DNA of 18,597 bases from Armatimonadota bacterium (GCA_043754515.1 JAYUUO010000024.1:1-18597); one strand, 5' to 3'. Shown: positions 1 through 9,229, counted from the first letter of the stretch. The notes: generated from the sequence alone by a model not told the origin. Translations and numbers: made by a program.

Positions 1-40
1 GGGGGGGGGGGGGGGGGCGCGCCCGCCCCCCCCCCCCCCC
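1..40. repeat. Low-complexity poly-G / poly-C run at the window edge, probably a contig-end artefact
   Basis: A long G run at 1-17 and a long C run ending at 40, lying in the open 3' end of the first CDS. Confidence 0.6.
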
Positions 41-1985
41 GGCGGTGGACACCGTCGCGTAACTCCGGAATCCGATAAACCCGGCAGTAGCGTCCCTGCT
101 CATCGGCCTTCTCGAACACCACCGTCACCCGTCCGTCCGCGACCGCCTCCCGCAAAAACGTACGCCACTTCTGCCCCTGAAGCGGCGAGTCGGCGCGCGG
201 GGCGAACGCCTCGTCGGTCAGGATCGTGGTGTATCCACGCCGCTTGAAGTCGGCGAGCCAGTCGTCCGCCGTCACGTAGGTGTCCCAAGGGAGTAGCCCG
301 GCGACATGGTTCGGGTTCGCCCACAGGATCGGACGGTCAATATAATAGCCGAACACGACATCGAACAAGGCGACCTTGCTGTCTTTGGGCGTATTGGCGT
401 TGATCCACTCGCACGCGGGCAGGAGCGTCCCCATCCACTGGGTTCCCGCCACATAGTCGGAGCGTGACTGCGTCCCTAGCACCACCCGTATAGCTGGTAC
501 CGCGAAAACGTTCGCCGCGAGATACATACCCCACACCCCGCTCGCCGCGACGAGAGCCGCGCCGACGTACCGGGCGAAACCCTTGCCACTCTCCCACAAA
601 GTGACCACCGTTTCGGCGGCGAGTATCGCGAGCACCGGCAGGATCGGCAACACGTAGCGCGTCCCCTGCACCAGGAAGAACCAGAAGATATAACTGGATG
701 CCGCGAATAACGCCAGCGCGATGCCGGACCTACCCCACTTCCCCGGCTTGAACGGCGCGGCGAGTAGGAGCGGCGCTATCGCGAACGACAGGCCGAACGG
801 GTACTCGTTAAAGCGCGAGGCGGTCGGCGCGACGTTCATCAGCCACGGTGCGAGCAGAAGAAACAGCGGGTCCTTGCCAAGCCCGAGGTTCGCCTGATCG
901 CGGGCGTACTGCGCGGCGTTCTCCGCGCTCCAGTACCGCCCGCCGAATATATTGTAAAAGTACGGGTAGACGGGACTACCAGTGTAGAGGTATGAGCGGA
1001 GTAACCAGGGAGTCGCTAGCGCGAGTGAAACGGCCGCCCAGAGCAGAACGGTGCGTATAAGTGCCGCCGTAACCCGCCGCTCGCGGAGCAGGTCGCTCCC
1101 GATCATTCCTGCCAGCACGATCCCCCAGAAGCCAAGTACGGTCAGTTTCGTGCCGATGGCGAGGCCCATCAGGAGGGCGGACAGGACGCTTCCATCGCGG
1201 CGCGTCAGGAGCGCGTACACGCTCAGCCAGGTGAACAGCGCGGTCGCGAGATCCACATACGCGATGCCCGCTTCCCACATCACGATGGGAGAAGCGGCGA
1301 TCAGGAGCGCGGCCACCTGCCCGGCCCGATGCCCGTTCCCCGCGATGTCCTGGCGGCGGGCGAACGTATACACACTCGCCGCCAGCAGGATGCCGCACAG
1401 CCAGTGGCAGAGTTTCGCCCCGCCGACGCTACTGACGCCGAGCATCATCGTGTAGAGCATCTGGAGCAGGAACGGAAAATTGGAGTGGTGATCATACGGG
1501 ATGTAGAAAATCCGCGCTTCGCGCAAGTATGTCTTCGGCACGGTAAGGTGATACGAAAGCGCGTCCCACTCCGAGCCGCCCGGCGGCGCGAGCGCGGCGA
1601 CCAGCGTACAGAGCGCGAGCACGAGAAAGACGGCGGCAAAGCACAGGTCAAGAATTCCATTGCCGGTCATCCCCGCGCTCCGGGCGGTCGGTTGGCCGGG
1701 GGCTGAGGGGCGGGTCTGAAGTACATCCCGGAGTAGCACCGCCAGTCCGGGTAGCCCGAGTGCCAGAACGCCATAGAACACCGGGGTGATGAACAGTCGG
1801 CAGACGCCGAGGAGGAGCAGGGTCAGGGAGACGATGCCCATCCCCAGAGGCACCGCGAACACGAACCGCTCCAGGAACCTCACCCCCCTCTCAGGCACGG
1901 AGAGGGGGGTGAGGTTCCGCCCGACCCCGTAGCACAGACCGACCAGAAGCACCAGCCAGAGGAGCGCGAGTAGCGAGTCGGTCAT
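3..1985 (-). CDS. Multi-pass membrane glycosyltransferase, GT-C fold (ArnT/GT39/PMT-like); stop codon not in the window
   Basis: ATG at 1985, 1 nt after the upstream TAG. Manual translation of segments: MTDSLLALLWLVLLVGLCYGVG..., WDALSYHLTVPKTYL...HHSNFP, PWLLRSYLYTGSPVYPY, QGTRYVLPILP, ...CRVYRIPEL. Many hydrophobic helices. Absent from the ORF track, consistent with the frame running off the edge. Confidence 0.8.
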   Translation of the reverse strand, partial: MTDSLLALLWLVLLVGLCYGVGRNLTPLSVPERGVRFLERFVFAVPLGMGIVSLTLLLLGVCRLFITPVFYGVLALGLPGLAVLLRDVLQTRPSAPGQPTARSAGMTGNGILDLCFAAVFLVLALCTLVAALAPPGGSEWDALSYHLTVPKTYLREARIFYIPYDHHSNFPFLLQMLYTMMLGVSSVGGAKLCHWLCGILLAASVYTFARRQDIAGNGHRAGQVAALLIAASPIVMWEAGIAYVDLATALFTWLSVYALLTRRDGSVLSALLMGLAIGTKLTVLGFWGIVLAGMIGSDLLRERRVTAALIRTVLLWAAVSLALATPWLLRSYLYTGSPVYPYFYNIFGGRYWSAENAAQYARDQANLGLGKDPLFLLLAPWLMNVAPTASRFNEYPFGLSFAIAPLLLAAPFKPGKWGRSGIALALFAASSYIFWFFLVQGTRYVLPILPVLAILAAETVVTLWESGKGFARYVGAALVAASGVWGMYLAANVFAVPAIRVVLGTQSRSDYVAGTQWMGTLLPACEWINANTPKDSKVALFDVVFGYYIDRPILWANPNHVAGLLPWDTYVTADDWLADFKRRGYTTILTDEAFAPRADSPLQGQKWRTFLREAVADGRVTVVFEKADEQGRYCRVYRIPELRDGVHRRGGGGAGAPPPPP
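1874..1918. repeat. Perfect 19-bp inverted repeat with 7-nt loop inside the glycosyltransferase CDS
   Basis: GGAACCTCACCCCCCTCTC-aggcacg-GAGAGGGGGGTGAGGTTCC. Confidence 0.95.
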
Positions 1986-1986
1986 G

Positions 1987-2769
1987 CTACTTCTTTCCCA
2001 CCTGTAGCGGGTGCAGGCGGTAGTTTTCGATCCGGACGCCGCCCCGACCGAGGGTCAGTTCGGCGTGGCCGTAGTAGCGGGCGTGGCTACCGGCTTGCAG
2101 GATCGGAACGTCGTCCACGACCTCCGGTTCTTCCAGCACGACGTGCGTGTGCCCGCCGATGATCAGGTCAATGCCAGGCACCGCCGTTGCAAGGGCGCGG
2201 TCCGGACCAATGCCGATGTGGGTCAGCGCGATAAGAACGTCGGCGGAGTAACGCAGGTCAGCGACCTGTTTCCGAGCGGTGACGATCGGGTCGTCGAACA
2301 GGAACGCGGACACGGCTTTCGCGGCCATCGCCTCTGTCACCATCGGGACGGTGAGGCCAAAAACGGTCACGGCCAGGCCGGCGACCGCGAGCGTGACATG
2401 TCCCTGCACCGGATGCGTCGCGTCTCCGTCTGCCTTGCCGCGCATATTCGCGCTTAGCACCGGGAACCGCGCCCGGTTGATCTTGGTCTCCAGCGCGGTC
2501 TGCCAGACGTGGAACTCGCGGTTACCCAGCGTCATGGCGTGGTAGCCGAGGTCGCTCATCACCGCGAGGATCGGCTCGCCGAACGGGTTTACGCCGACGT
2601 TGCCCGCCTTCACCGCGTCTCCCGCGTCGAGGAGCAGGTAGGGAGCACCGTCGAGCGCGGCGACCGCGTCACGTAGCGTCGCCGCCCCGTCGTCGGTCAA
2701 TTTGCCGTGGAAATCGTTCGTGTGCAGGATGTGGAGCGTGACGCGCTCGCGGGTGTCGGGTGGTGTCAC
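1987..2769 (-). CDS. Calcineurin-like metallophosphoesterase (5'-nucleotidase/CpdB N-terminal domain only)
   Basis: Motifs HTNDFHG, DAGD, GNREF, THIG, GGHTH. Start moved from the track's 2832 to GTG 2769, which lies 7 nt after TATAAT. Confidence 0.85.
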   Translation of the reverse strand: MTPPDTRERVTLHILHTNDFHGKLTDDGAATLRDAVAALDGAPYLLLDAGDAVKAGNVGVNPFGEPILAVMSDLGYHAMTLGNREFHVWQTALETKINRARFPVLSANMRGKADGDATHPVQGHVTLAVAGLAVTVFGLTVPMVTEAMAAKAVSAFLFDDPIVTARKQVADLRYSADVLIALTHIGIGPDRALATAVPGIDLIIGGHTHVVLEEPEVVDDVPILQAGSHARYYGHAELTLGRGGVRIENYRLHPLQVGKK

Positions 2770-2776
2770 GGGTTCG

Positions 2777-2782
2777 ATTATA
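2777..2782 (-). promoter_or_regulatory. -10 box TATAAT of a probable leaderless promoter
   Basis: Minus strand gccggTATAATcgaacccGTG, with no Shine-Dalgarno between box and start. Confidence 0.6.
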
Positions 2783-2842
2783 CCGGCTTCCCGCCGTAGC
2801 GTCGCGGGACGCCCGTCTTTGCGTCTCCTCATAGTGTTAAGG

Positions 2843-4480
2843 CTACCGCGTGATGCCGTCCCCGCCGCGCCGTAGCACGCTCCCCGAACGTGAACCGGTC
2901 AACACCCCATGCCGGACCGCGAGCGACCCCGCCACGAAAACTAGCTCGATACCCCGCGCGTAGACCTGCGGCGCATCAAACGTCGCCGCGTCTCCGACCG
3001 TGAGCGGGTCGAACACCGTGACATCCGCGACCGAACCCGTCGCTAGCGTGCCGCGCCCCGCTAGACCGACGCGGCCCGCTGGGAGCGACGTCATGCGTCG
3101 GATCGCTTGCGCCCACGTCAGCACCTTCTGCTCGCGCACGTACCGCCCGAAAATGCGCGCGAACGTGCCATAAGTACGCGGATGCGGACGATCCGACGTG
3201 CCGGGCGAGGTAGGCGAGGTCGCCACGCCGTCCGAGCCGATCATCACGCGGTCGTCGCTCAAAACACGGGCGACGTCCGCCTCCGACAGCGCGAAATGCG
3301 CCGCCGAGATCCAGCCCTCGCCTTCCGACAGCGTGTCAAGAATCAGGTCGCGGACGTCTTTACCCGCGTCCGCCGCGATTTCGGCGATGGTACGGCCCTG
3401 GTACTCGCGGTGCGCGGGGCAGTTCGAAATCTGCACCATAGTGAAGTCAACGCCGTTATCCGCCATCGCCGCGCGGGTCCGGGCGCGGAACTCGGGATCG
3501 GCGAACTTCGCGGCTTGCGCCTCCGGCGACCCGGCGACCGCCCAGGGCGGCAGACAAATAGTGCCGAGTCCGGTCTGGTAAGCCGTGTACGGGTACTGAT
3601 CGAGTAGCACGTCAACGCCCCGCGCCCGCGCCGCGTCCACCATTGCGAGCGTCCGCGTTACTTTCCCCCAGTTCGCCCGGCGTTCGGCTTTATGGTGCGA
3701 TAGTTGGAGCGGTAGCCCCGCGCCCTCGGCAACGGCGAGTGCCTCCGCGACCGCTTCTTCGAGGTGATCGCCCTCATCGCGCAGGTGCGTCGCGTAAAAG
3801 CCCCCTGCCTGTCTCGCTATCTTCGCGAGCGCGGTCAGTTCGGCGACGTCCGCGTACATGCCCGGCACGTACTCCAGCCCGGATGACAGGCCCACCGCGC
3901 CCGCCGCGAACGCCGCTTCCAGCTCCCGTGCCATCGCGGCGTGCTCGGCGGCATCGGGCAACCGGTCGGCAAGCCCCATCACGCGCTTGCGGATCGTCCC
4001 ATGCCCCGCGAGCGTCGCGATATTCGCGCCAATACCTGTGTCCGCGACCCGCGTCAGAAAACCATCGAGCCGCGACCAGTCGAGCGTGATTCCGGCGCGG
4101 AGCAGGCCGCGTTGCTCCATCGTGAACGACTGGCCGTTCTGCGCGAGGCCGAGCGCGATCCCGCAGTTGCCCACGATCTCGGTCGTCACCCCCTGCGCCA
4201 CCGACGACTCCATGCCGGGGGACGACAGGAGCGTAAAATCGGAGTGGGTGTGGATGTCAATAAAGCCCGGCGCGACGAACTTCCCGCGCACGTCCAGCGT
4301 CTCGTCCGCGTCGGCACCGGACAGATCCCCGACTGCCGCCACGGTGCCGCCGACGATGCCGACATCGGTCAACACGCCTTCCGCGCCGGAGCCGTCGAAC
4401 ACGGTGCCGCCACGCAGGATGTAATCGAACCGGGGGAAGGAAGACGAGATCAGCGCGGCGGGGTGGGTAGTGGGTTGCAT
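2843..4480 (-). CDS. N-acyl-D-amino-acid deacylase (D-aminoacylase, amidohydrolase superfamily)
   Basis: APGFIDIHTHSD, QGVTTEIVGNCG, GLSSGLEYVPG, YATHLRDEG, SHHK, DQYPYTA, IGSDG, PHPRTYGTF. ATG 4480 preferred over 4501 because TATACT lies 6 nt upstream. Confidence 0.92.
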   Translation of the reverse strand: MQPTTHPAALISSSFPRFDYILRGGTVFDGSGAEGVLTDVGIVGGTVAAVGDLSGADADETLDVRGKFVAPGFIDIHTHSDFTLLSSPGMESSVAQGVTTEIVGNCGIALGLAQNGQSFTMEQRGLLRAGITLDWSRLDGFLTRVADTGIGANIATLAGHGTIRKRVMGLADRLPDAAEHAAMARELEAAFAAGAVGLSSGLEYVPGMYADVAELTALAKIARQAGGFYATHLRDEGDHLEEAVAEALAVAEGAGLPLQLSHHKAERRANWGKVTRTLAMVDAARARGVDVLLDQYPYTAYQTGLGTICLPPWAVAGSPEAQAAKFADPEFRARTRAAMADNGVDFTMVQISNCPAHREYQGRTIAEIAADAGKDVRDLILDTLSEGEGWISAAHFALSEADVARVLSDDRVMIGSDGVATSPTSPGTSDRPHPRTYGTFARIFGRYVREQKVLTWAQAIRRMTSLPAGRVGLAGRGTLATGSVADVTVFDPLTVGDAATFDAPQVYARGIELVFVAGSLAVRHGVLTGSRSGSVLRRGGDGITR

Positions 4481-4486
4481 TGCGAA

Positions 4487-4492
4487 AGTATA
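4487..4492 (-). promoter_or_regulatory. -10 box TATACT of a probable leaderless promoter
   Basis: Minus strand gcggTATACTttcgcaATG. Confidence 0.6.
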
Positions 4493-4695
4493 CCGCCCCA
4501 TGGCGTCGCGTCAACCAAGGAATTGAAGGACTACGCCGCACCGCGGGTCGCACGTTATATGGTTGCAGGATGGGTTCGGTTTTTTTTGTTGTAATCCCGA
4601 TAAAACGAGTGGCTGGCGAGGCACATACTACGAAATAATACATGGTTCGCACAATAGAGCATATTATTTGAAAAAGAGCAGGAAAATAATAGTAT

Positions 4696-4739
4696 TTGAC
4701 AGTTTTTGACTTCTGGTGTACTGTGACTTTGTCCGGAGG
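4696..4739 (+). promoter_or_regulatory. Sigma70-type promoter (TTGACA-N17-TACTGT) and GGAGG ribosome-binding site
   Basis: TTGACA at 4696-4701, 17-nt spacer, TACTGT at 4719-4724, AT-rich upstream region, GGAGG just before ATG 4744. Confidence 0.7.
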
Positions 4740-4743
4740 ATAA

Positions 4744-7700
4744 ATGATCGCTACTCCGGCTGTTGAAAGGTTTAGATACTTGAACTCACAAGCTCATTTG
4801 TACGTCGCCCTTGTTGCCTCGGTTGGCATCACTTTTAGCACGTACTGTCCCGCGTCCGCCGCCCCCATCGTCCCGAAGCCCCTCACGAAAGCACCCGTCG
4901 CAACGGCGGACGACCGCCTCCAGGCCGCCCTCCGCGATCCCGCCCTCGCTGTGTCGCTTAGCGGGCGTCGCGCCTCGGTCTCCAAACTGTTCGCCTACGT
5001 CGAGGCACGCAAAGCGGCCGAAGCGGCATATGACGCCGCCGTCGCGGACGCGAAACAGGCACACCGCGCCGCGCCCGCCGATCCGTTCCACTCCGACCGG
5101 GAGCCGGACTACTACCAAATGTATCTGCAAGAGTTGCGCGAGCGTGCTTTCCCGCGCGACACCGTGGATACCGCCGCCCTCGTGCGCGCCGAGAACCACC
5201 GCGACGCCATGCGCGGGGCTACCAACGTCCGCCATAGCGTTTCTATCCGCGGCATTGACGCCGCGACACTCGCCGCAAACCCGTCCCTTTATCTTAAACC
5301 GTCCGTGTCACGCGGTATTGCGCCGGGGGTTAGTGCGCTCGTCGCCCCCGCGCAGTGGGAGTCGGTCGGACCGAAAAATATGCTCAACGGCTCCGGGCAA
5401 CAGACCTACTTTGGGCCGATTACCGCGAACTTCAGCGGACGTATAAATGGAATGGCGGTATCCCCGACCGACGCGAACACCGTTTTCGTGGCGACTGCGG
5501 GCGGCGGCGTTTGGAAGACCTCGGACGCGGGCGTGACGTGGGCACCAATAGCCGATGCCTTTCTCGCCCGGCAGGAAACGAACACGATAGCGATTGACCC
5601 GTTCAACCCGCAGAACATCCTGGTCGGCCTCGGCGACGCGCAGGGCGGCGAGGGTTCCGGCACCGGGCGCGGCATGCTCCGTTCGACCGACGGCGGCGCG
5701 ACTTGGACCGCTATCCCGATGGTTGCCACGGGCATTGTCGGCGACGCGGTGAGCGTTATTGTTTTTGACAAGGACACGGCCGGCATTGTGGTCGCCACCA
5801 CCGCGACGTACGCCGGGACGACCGGCTACCGCTGGCGGTCTACGGACGGCGGCGTGACCTGGACGCGCATTGAGGACGTACTCGCCACAACAGTGGGCGG
5901 CGGGACACGCTGGACATCGCTTTCGGCTAGTCCGCGCGACACGGCGGCCAACCGCCGCTTCTACTATGCCACCGGCATGAGCAGCTTCGCGGCGCAAGCG
6001 GGTCTATGGCGTTCGGCGGATCAGGGACAGACGTGGACGCAGATCACGCTCCCCCCCGCGTTCAACGGCGGCACCGTGAGCTACACGGACGGCTTCCGCG
6101 CGGTGGCGTCCGCCGTTGACCCGAACATTGTCTACGTGCTACGTGCCTCCGATAAGGCACTGATCAAGGGCGTGTGCAACCCGGCGAATGACACCTACGC
6201 TTGGACGGAGATCAGCGGCATCGGCACGCCCGGTCAGTTCAACCAGTTAAACTGGGGACAGACGTTTTATAACGTTTACATGAACTGCGCCGCGCAGACG
6301 GTGAATGGGGTTGTCAAGGACGCCCTGTATCCGAGCATCGAGAGCATCAACTGCGCCCTGGGCGTGAGCGACGCGAACTGGACGCCGAACTGGGTTGACT
6401 TCGGCAAGGCGTACCAGGACGGCTCGTTGACGCACGCCGACAACCACTTCTCGGTGGTCGCGCCTAGCGACCCGAGCCGGGTTTATGTCGGGAACGATGG
6501 CGGCTTTTACCCCGTCACCTACGACGCGAGCAAGTCGGCCAGCCCGACGTTAGACACTTGGACTATCACGCAAGGGCGCAACGCCGCCATGCCGACTACT
6601 TTGTTCTTTCAAGCGGACTTCCACCCATACAACGCTAGTTACATGATCGGTGGATTGCAGGACAATGGCGCGACTGTTGCTACCGGCGACCTGAGCAACT
6701 GGCGGACATCCGCCGCCGGTGACGGGAGCGGGGCGGCACAGGACGCGACAAACCCTCTGCGTAGCTACATCCTGACCAACAGCCTCAGCGTCAACTATAC
6801 CCAGGACGGCTGGGCGAATAAGGTGGATAAAACCCCCGCGTTCGGCGCGACCGATGCGCGCCCCTTGATCGGGTACTGCGGCATCAATCCGAACTACCCG
6901 AATGAGTTCTACCTGGGATCGAACTACCTATGGCGGTACAGCCCGCTCAAGGGAGCGTGGGAGCCGCGCCTCGGCAACGTCAGCCTGACTGGGACGAACG
7001 GCGACGATGGCGGCAACGGCGGTCTCGGCATACGCGCTATCACCGTGGCACCGTCGAAGGCTTCTACCCTGTATGTCGGCGCGTCGAACTCCGTCGGGGT
7101 GCCGGCGAGTTTTGTCTGGGCGTCCTTCGATAACGGCAAGAACTGGACGAAGATAAGCGCGAATAGCAACAACACGCTCCCGAACCGGGTGGTGACTTCG
7201 ATCAGCGTCAGCCCGACGAATGATAAGGACGTCCTTGTCACGCTGTCCGGCACCGGCGGCGGCCACGTTTACCGTTGTGCAGACACGTCGCAACCCGTCG
7301 TGACGTTCCAGGACGTTTCGGGAACCGGAGCGACCGGCCTCCCGGACGGGCCGTTCAACACGCTCGCCCGCGACTTCACCGCGCCGGACGGGACGTGGTA
7401 CGCGGGTGCCGACACGGGGGTCTACCAGACCCAGGACGGCGGGCAGACGTGGACGAACGCGACGCAGCCGCTCGGGTTACCGGCGGTATCGGTGCGTACG
7501 CTCAAAGCGATGCCGGGAACGGGCTACCTAATGGCGGCGACCTACGGGCGCGCTATATGGCGCATCCCGCTCGTCAGCCCGTTGCCGACGAACACCAGCG
7601 GAGTTAAGGCGCGGTTCCTCCTGCCGCAGACGCTCTCCTGGGCGGGTAGTTTCGGGGACGGCTCGTACAACTACGCAGTCCCGTTCACGGTCGCCAATAT

Positions 7701-7974
7701 CGGTGGCGTGGACGCGACGAACGTGACCATAACCGCTTTCAAGGTCACTGTCAATGGAGCGGACGCGACCCCCGACGCCTCGCTGACGTTGCCGGTAGCT
7801 TACGGCACCGTGAAGGCGGGCGCGGGATCGGTAAGCCGTTCGTTCACGGTTAAGTCGAACGTCTTCGCGCCAGGTGCCAAGTACCCTGCCACCGTGAACG
7901 TTAATGGCAACTACACCGACAACGGCGTGGTGAAGCCGTTCGAGTTCACCGGGCGCGTCGAGTTCATCCAGTAA
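4744..7974 (+). CDS. Large secreted BNR/Asp-box beta-propeller protein (VPS10/GH74-like fold) with a C-terminal Ig-like domain
   Basis: 1076 aa with a signal-peptide-like N-terminus (..ASA-AP). Asp boxes KTSDAGVTW, RSTDGGATW, RSTDGGVTW, RSADQGQTW, ASFDNGKNW, QTQDGGQTW. Also SGRINGMAV, YVGNDGG, GGLQDNG, AATYGRAIW. Confidence 0.85.
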   Translation: MIATPAVERFRYLNSQAHLYVALVASVGITFSTYCPASAAPIVPKPLTKAPVATADDRLQAALRDPALAVSLSGRRASVSKLFAYVEARKAAEAAYDAAVADAKQAHRAAPADPFHSDREPDYYQMYLQELRERAFPRDTVDTAALVRAENHRDAMRGATNVRHSVSIRGIDAATLAANPSLYLKPSVSRGIAPGVSALVAPAQWESVGPKNMLNGSGQQTYFGPITANFSGRINGMAVSPTDANTVFVATAGGGVWKTSDAGVTWAPIADAFLARQETNTIAIDPFNPQNILVGLGDAQGGEGSGTGRGMLRSTDGGATWTAIPMVATGIVGDAVSVIVFDKDTAGIVVATTATYAGTTGYRWRSTDGGVTWTRIEDVLATTVGGGTRWTSLSASPRDTAANRRFYYATGMSSFAAQAGLWRSADQGQTWTQITLPPAFNGGTVSYTDGFRAVASAVDPNIVYVLRASDKALIKGVCNPANDTYAWTEISGIGTPGQFNQLNWGQTFYNVYMNCAAQTVNGVVKDALYPSIESINCALGVSDANWTPNWVDFGKAYQDGSLTHADNHFSVVAPSDPSRVYVGNDGGFYPVTYDASKSASPTLDTWTITQGRNAAMPTTLFFQADFHPYNASYMIGGLQDNGATVATGDLSNWRTSAAGDGSGAAQDATNPLRSYILTNSLSVNYTQDGWANKVDKTPAFGATDARPLIGYCGINPNYPNEFYLGSNYLWRYSPLKGAWEPRLGNVSLTGTNGDDGGNGGLGIRAITVAPSKASTLYVGASNSVGVPASFVWASFDNGKNWTKISANSNNTLPNRVVTSISVSPTNDKDVLVTLSGTGGGHVYRCADTSQPVVTFQDVSGTGATGLPDGPFNTLARDFTAPDGTWYAGADTGVYQTQDGGQTWTNATQPLGLPAVSVRTLKAMPGTGYLMAATYGRAIWRIPLVSPLPTNTSGVKARFLLPQTLSWAGSFGDGSYNYAVPFTVANIGGVDATNVTITAFKVTVNGADATPDASLTLPVAYGTVKAGAGSVSRSFTVKSNVFAPGAKYPATVNVNGNYTDNGVVKPFEFTGRVEFIQ

Positions 7975-7978
7975 ACGC

Positions 7979-8050
7979 AGAGCGGACTGTTGTCCGCTCT
8001 CGATACTCCACACCTCTCATAAGCGCGGCACACCGCCGGGTGTGCCGCGC
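7979..8050 (+). terminator. Two perfect intergenic hairpins (terminator or mRNA-processing elements)
   Basis: AGAGCGGAC-tgtt-GTCCGCTCT (7979-8000) and GCGCGGCACACC-gccg-GGTGTGCCGCGC (8023-8050). Neither has an immediately adjacent U-tract. Confidence 0.5.
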
Positions 8051-8080
8051 CCCCGACCTGCTTTGTTTTAGGATCTTTTT

Positions 8081-8656
8081 ATGAATCAATTTTTTAGCAC
8101 GGCCAATGCGTTGCGCCTTTCGCTCATCGCCGCCGCTGCTCTCATCCCGCTCACATCCGCGTCCGCGCAAGGACTCAGCCTCACCCTGAAAGCGGTCGGG
8201 ACGGCGGCGCCCGGTTCCACGGTGCAGTACTTCGGTACATTCACAAACCTGCTACCGGACGATAACCTCTATGTGTCCGACATGATCCTTGGCGGCGACA
8301 TCCTCAATGACACCAAAAACTTCGACGTGGACGAAGACCCGTTCCTCGCGAACATGCCTAGCTTTCTGACCGAGGACACCGAAAACAATCCGGGCGAGTA
8401 TTACCTGACGCCGGGGCAGAAGGTCGTGTTCGAGGTGTTCGGGGTGAAGATCAAACCGGGTGCCACTCCCGGCACCTTAGGCGAGGGTACGGTTGACATC
8501 AGCGGCGGTGGCCCTGGAGGATCGGACTTTCTGACGACCGATGCGATCCCGTTTACAACTCAGGTGGTACCGGAAGCGGGCGCGTTGCCACTCGCCGTGC
8601 TCGGAATCGTAGGGGCTGCCGGGGCAACCATCGTCCGCCGCCGCCGCGCCGCGTAA
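8081..8656 (+). CDS. PEP-CTERM sorting-domain surface protein
   Basis: Signal peptide (..ASA-QG), acidic beta-rich body, C-terminal VPEAG followed by a hydrophobic helix and RRRRAA. Confidence 0.88.
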   Translation: MNQFFSTANALRLSLIAAAALIPLTSASAQGLSLTLKAVGTAAPGSTVQYFGTFTNLLPDDNLYVSDMILGGDILNDTKNFDVDEDPFLANMPSFLTEDTENNPGEYYLTPGQKVVFEVFGVKIKPGATPGTLGEGTVDISGGGPGGSDFLTTDAIPFTTQVVPEAGALPLAVLGIVGAAGATIVRRRRAA

Positions 8657-8662
8657 GTACTC

Positions 8663-8739
8663 CCTATCCGAACCGGATGGGCGTCAGCGGATAGAACACG
8701 CAGATCCATTCCCCGCGACGGGGGTAATCTCCGTCGCGG
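8663..8739. terminator. Hairpins between convergent genes
   Basis: CCTATCCG-aac-CGGATGGG (8663-8681) and CCGCGACGGGGG-taa-TCTCCGTCGCGG (8713-8739), both with G-U pairs. Confidence 0.45.
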
Positions 8740-8785
8740 AGCGTGGTGAATCGAGTTGGCGAGAACAAGCCGGCTCTGCGGATCG

Positions 8786-9229
8786 CTACGTGGACAAGGC
8801 GCGCAGCACTTGCGCGACCTGTGCGTCGCCGCGCAGTTCCGCCAGAGGTCGCCACGCCGCGTGCCGGAGCATCCGCTCGCTGACCGGCAAGTCAACTTCC
8901 TCCGGGTCGTAGCCAGTAACCGGCTCGTCGCGGTCCGACGCCGCGAGGAGGTAGCACTCGCAGGTGCCGTGCGCGTACCCTTCCACGAAAAGAAATCGAA
9001 CGAGCGTAGTAACCATCCCCGTCTCCTCGCGCGTTTCGCGCACCGCCGCCTGTGCCGCCGTTTCGCCCACCTCTACGCCGCCGCCCGGCAACGTCCAGTA
9101 CGCCCGCCCATTCTCGTGGTGCTGAACCATCAGGATGAACTCGCCACGTAGCACGGCGGCGCAGGCACACGGACGGTTGAGGAGCGGAGGAAAATCCGCT
9201 CCTCCTTCTATCGCCTCTCCGCTCGTCAC
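8786..9229 (-). CDS. Nudix hydrolase
   Basis: Intact Nudix box WTLPGGGVEVGETAAQAAVRETREETG. The probable GTG start at 9229 overlaps the ligase TGA (GTGA). The track's extension to 9631 lies inside the ligase gene. Confidence 0.88.
   Translation of the reverse strand: MTSGEAIEGGADFPPLLNRPCACAAVLRGEFILMVQHHENGRAYWTLPGGGVEVGETAAQAAVRETREETGMVTTLVRFLFVEGYAHGTCECYLLAASDRDEPVTGYDPEEVDLPVSERMLRHAAWRPLAELRGDAQVAQVLRALST
9179..9204. repeat. Perfect 10-bp inverted repeat in the 5' part of the Nudix CDS
   Basis: GAGGAGCGGA-ggaaaa-TCCGCTCCTC. Confidence 0.85.

Noticed and set aside
1..40. G-run/C-run as a functional G-quadruplex or hairpin
   Set aside because: It lies at the sequence edge within an otherwise normal CDS and is more likely a sequencing or assembly artefact.
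100..1706. Short ORFs on both strands in the ORF track
   Set aside because: They are shadows of the long minus-strand glycosyltransferase frame, Arg/Pro-rich and without motifs.
1987..2769. The metallophosphoesterase as the end-healing partner of the RNA ligase
   Set aside because: It is more than 6 kb away in a separate transcription unit and is tied to the glycosyltransferase gene.
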